Below, in pieces: positions 60,639 through 64,000 of a DNA stretch of 64,000 nucleotides (within the stretch, counting starts at the first letter, position 1; the number at the start of each line of letters is the position of its first letter). The stretch comes from Paraspadella gotoi (taxonomy: Eukaryota; Animalia; Chaetognatha): contig CM119267.1 of assembly GCA_051294375.1 (NCBI GenBank), positions 5,159,822 through 5,223,821 on the forward strand, read 5' to 3'. The translations under genes and the position numbers were made by a program. The notes beneath the pieces were generated by a model. It worked only from the letters and a program-made list of their open reading frames with translations. It had not been told where the DNA came from and searched no databases.

Positions 60639-62592
60639 NNNNNNNNNNNNNNNNNNNNNNNNNNNNNNNNNNNNNNNNNNNNNNNNNNNNNNNNNNNNNN
60701 NNNNNNNNNNNNNNNNNNNNNNNNNNNNNNNNNNNNNNNNNNNNNNNNNNNNNNNNNNNNNNNNNNNNNNNNNNNNNNNNNNNNNNNNNNNNNNNNNNNN
60801 NNNNNNNNNNNNNNNNNNNNNNNNNNNNNNNNNNNNNNNNNNNNNNNNNNNNNNNNNNNNNNNNNNNNNNNNNNNNNNNNNNNNNNNATTTAAATTTTCA
60901 AGATGGCGTCTCTCTAGAGAGCGTCGTAATCGTCAACGATGATTGGACATTTGGGTTTTCACCCTAGATTGGATACATGGAGACGTCGAAGATAACGACG
61001 ACGACGACGACAACGACGACGACAACAACGACGACGACAACAACAACGACAACAACAACGACAACAACAACGACGACAACAACGACGATCGAAAAAAAGA
61101 AAATGATTTGAGTTCGTGAAATGATTCGCTTAACGAGTCTCGGGGCGACCTTATTCGGAAAAGGAGGAGAAGGGAGCAAAGGAGAGAGGGAGAGGGGTAG
61201 GAAAGGAAAGAGAAGAGGAGGAAGAGGAGAAAGAATGAGAGGAAATAGAGGTGGAGGGAGGAAAGGAGAGAGGGAGAGGGGTAGGAAAGGAAAAAGAAGA
61301 GCAGGAAGAGGAAAAATAATGAGAGGAAATAGAGGTGGAGGGAGAATGGGGGGAAAGATGGAAGAATGTAAAAGAGAATTGAGAATATAGGGAAAATAAG
61401 AAAGGGGAGGAAGAGGAGTGGGAGATAGGGAGGAAAAAGAGGAGGGGAGAAGTAGGAAGAGGGGAAGAAGGAGAGGAGGAAAGAGGGTGAGAGGAAAGAT
61501 TGGAGGAAGTAAGAGGGGAATTAGGAATAAAGAGAAAATAAGAAATGGGGAAGTGGAAGAAAGAGGGAAGGGGAAGATATGGAGGAAAGAGAGGAGGGGA
61601 GGAAATAGAAAGAGAAGTGGAAGGAGAAAAAGGAGGAAAGGAACGAAAGGGAGAGGGAGGAGTAGAGTANNNNNNNNNNNNNNNNNNNNNNNNNNNNNNN
61701 NNNNNNNNNNNNNNNNNNNNNNNNNNNNNNNNNNNNNNNNNNNNNNNNNNNNNNNNNNNNNNNNNNNNNNNNNNNNNNNNNNNNNNNNNNNNNNNNNNNN
61801 NNNNNNNNNNNNNNNNNNNNNNNNNNNNNNNNNNNNNNNNNNNNNNNNNNNNNNNNNNNNNNNNNNNNNNNNNNNNNNNNNNNNNNNNNNNNNNNNNNNN
61901 NNNNNNNNNNNNNNNNNNNNNNNNNNNNNNNNNNNNNNNNNNNNNNNNNNNNNNNNNNNNNNNNNNNNNNNNNNNNNNNNNNNNNNNNNNNNNNNNNNNN
62001 NNNNNNNNNNNNNNNNNNNNNNNNNNNNNNNNNNNNNNNNNNNNNNNNNNNNNNNNNNNNNNNNNNNNNNNNNNNNNNNNNNNNNNNNNNNNNNNNNNNN
62101 NNNNNNNNNNNNNNNNNNNNNNNNNNNNNNNNNNNNNNNNNNNNNNNNNNNNNNNNNNNNNNNNNNNNNNNNNNNNNNNNNNNNNNNNNNNNNNNNNNNN
62201 NNNNNNNNNNNNNNNNNNNNNNNNNNNNNNNNNNNNNNNNNNNNNNNNNNNNNNNNNNNNNNNNNNNNNNNNNNNNNNNNNNNNNNNNNNNNNNNNNNNN
62301 NNNNNNNNNNNNNNNNNNNNNNNNNNNNNNNNNNNNNNNNNNNNNNNNNNNNNNNNNNNNNNNNNNNNNNNNNNNNNNNNNNNNNNNNNNNNNNNNNNTA
62401 ATTAAGAAGAATTAATCCTTTTGCTATGGTGATTCGGTGAGGCATAGAACGAGAGAAACACCTTAGATATGAAGTGAAAACGAGGGACAAAAGAATTTAA
62501 AGCGACGGCGTAATGAGAAAGGAATTTGTGCAGGTGAAATGGGAAAAAGAAAAAAAGAATAAATGACGATGAAATGGGATCAGAGCTATATT

Positions 62593-62789
62593 GGCTCTCT
62601 TTTCCCAAAGCACCCCATTTTTGTTTCTTAATTCCTGAACCCTAACCTTAAACCTTAAACCTTAATCCTAATTACTAACTTAATCCCTAACCAAATCCCT
62701 AACCCTCGCCTCTAACTCAATTGCTAAACCTAAAAAAATAACTTAATTCCGAATTTAAAATAAAATAGGACGTTTTGGGAAAATAAGGC
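62593..62789. mobile_element. Same TIR/(CCCTAA)n family
   Basis: ggctctcttttcccaaagcaccccatttt ... ccctaaccttaaacc ... aaataggacgttttgggaaaataaggc. Confidence 0.55.
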
Positions 62790-63823
62790 GAAGAAAAATT
62801 ACGATGGGACTCAGGATTCCTTAGCGTCGACCAGTGATCGATTTTCAACCTCCGCAGATATCATTCGGTCGGTCGAACGAAGGGCATTTTATAAATAAAA
62901 AAAATGACGTGATAAGTGTCTGGAAGGAAAGAAGGGGCAAAAAAAAAAATAACTCAGTTTTATGTATATATATAAAGTTCTGACTAAAAATGCGTCAATA
63001 AACGCGTTTTCATTTTATATAGAGTTTTCCAATTAATTTTTACAGTTTTGCACCACTCTTTTAACTAGTAATTGGACTAAAACCTAAGATTAAGCTTCAA
63101 ATACTATTAACAATTTTACATATAAAACAGGACAAACGTTAAAAAGCCTATCGAGTTAATAGGGAAATGTAAAAAAAATAGGTTATTAACGAAAATACGT
63201 TTCTTACGTTCGAACGCGATAAACAGGAGAACGAAAGCGATGAATGAAAATTGGAAAAAAAGTTGAATGGAATAATCGAGAGAAAATAGAAAAAAAGGAG
63301 GGAAAGGATCGATTTGAAGCTCGAACTGAAAACAAGGGGAGGAAAGAGAGAGAGAGAGAGAGAGAGAGAGGAAAGAGATAAACAGAGGGAGGAGGAAGAG
63401 GAGGAGGAGGAAGAGAGAGAGAAAGGTAAGGTAAGCTGATGACGGCAAAAGAAAGGGTAAGTTATTGTTCTAGCAAGATGATGTCAAAGAAGAAGCGAGA
63501 AAATAAAATTAGGAAAAAAGAAAATAATGATAGAAATAAAAATAGAAATAAGGATAGAAACAAGAAATAAAAATAGAAATAAGAATAGAAACAAGAAATA
63601 AAAATAGAAATAAGGATAGAAACAAGAAATAAAAATAGAAATAATGATTGAAATAAGGACGAAGATAATAATGATTTTAAGTAGGATGTAGTAAAGAATA
63701 AAGACCAGGAAGAGAATGAGATCAGGTGGCATTCTGATGCTTGGATGTGAAGAGAACGACCCTAAAAGCGACGTAATAAAATTATGCCAGGTACTTGAAG
63801 GAAGATTGGAAAGAAAGAAAAAA

Positions 63824-63920
<97 letters not shown>

Positions 63921-64000
63921 TTATAAACAGATGATATTCTCGGGAAAACCAAATGAAACTCAAAACCACCAAACTGCGAAGATAGAAAAAAACAAACCAG

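Overview
Eukaryotic (probably invertebrate animal) draft-assembly window: AT-rich introns, GC-rich exons, very dense (AG)n/(ACG)n microsatellites, many N gaps and stretches with long-read-type indel noise. Almost all ORFs in the track come from microsatellites or gaps. Supportable coding content is (1) a two-exon GLTP-fold/CPTP-like gene on the minus strand, intact at 13073-12874 + 11980-11482 with a frameshifted copy at ~6478-8136, whose head-group residues appear to differ from both CPTP and GLTP; (2) a noisy multi-exon plus-strand locus at 46.3-53.1 kb with an 11-aa basic repeat and motifs resembling a PrimPol-type archaeo-eukaryotic primase; (3) an I-set Ig exon cut by a gap at 60512-60638; and (4) a few orphan candidate exons. 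Non-autonomous elements include a TTAA-flanked Kolobok-type insertion, Helentron/DINE-1-like copies, a TIR family with telomere-like cores, an ~80-bp mariner-type MITE and a tRNA-derived SINE head. A perfect six-unit heat-shock element is present. The three large duplications (5 kb tandem, 3.6 kb inverted, ~0.45-0.7 kb direct) each abut a gap of exactly 25 N and are most likely assembly artefacts. All protein comparisons were made by eye against remembered sequences; no search was run.
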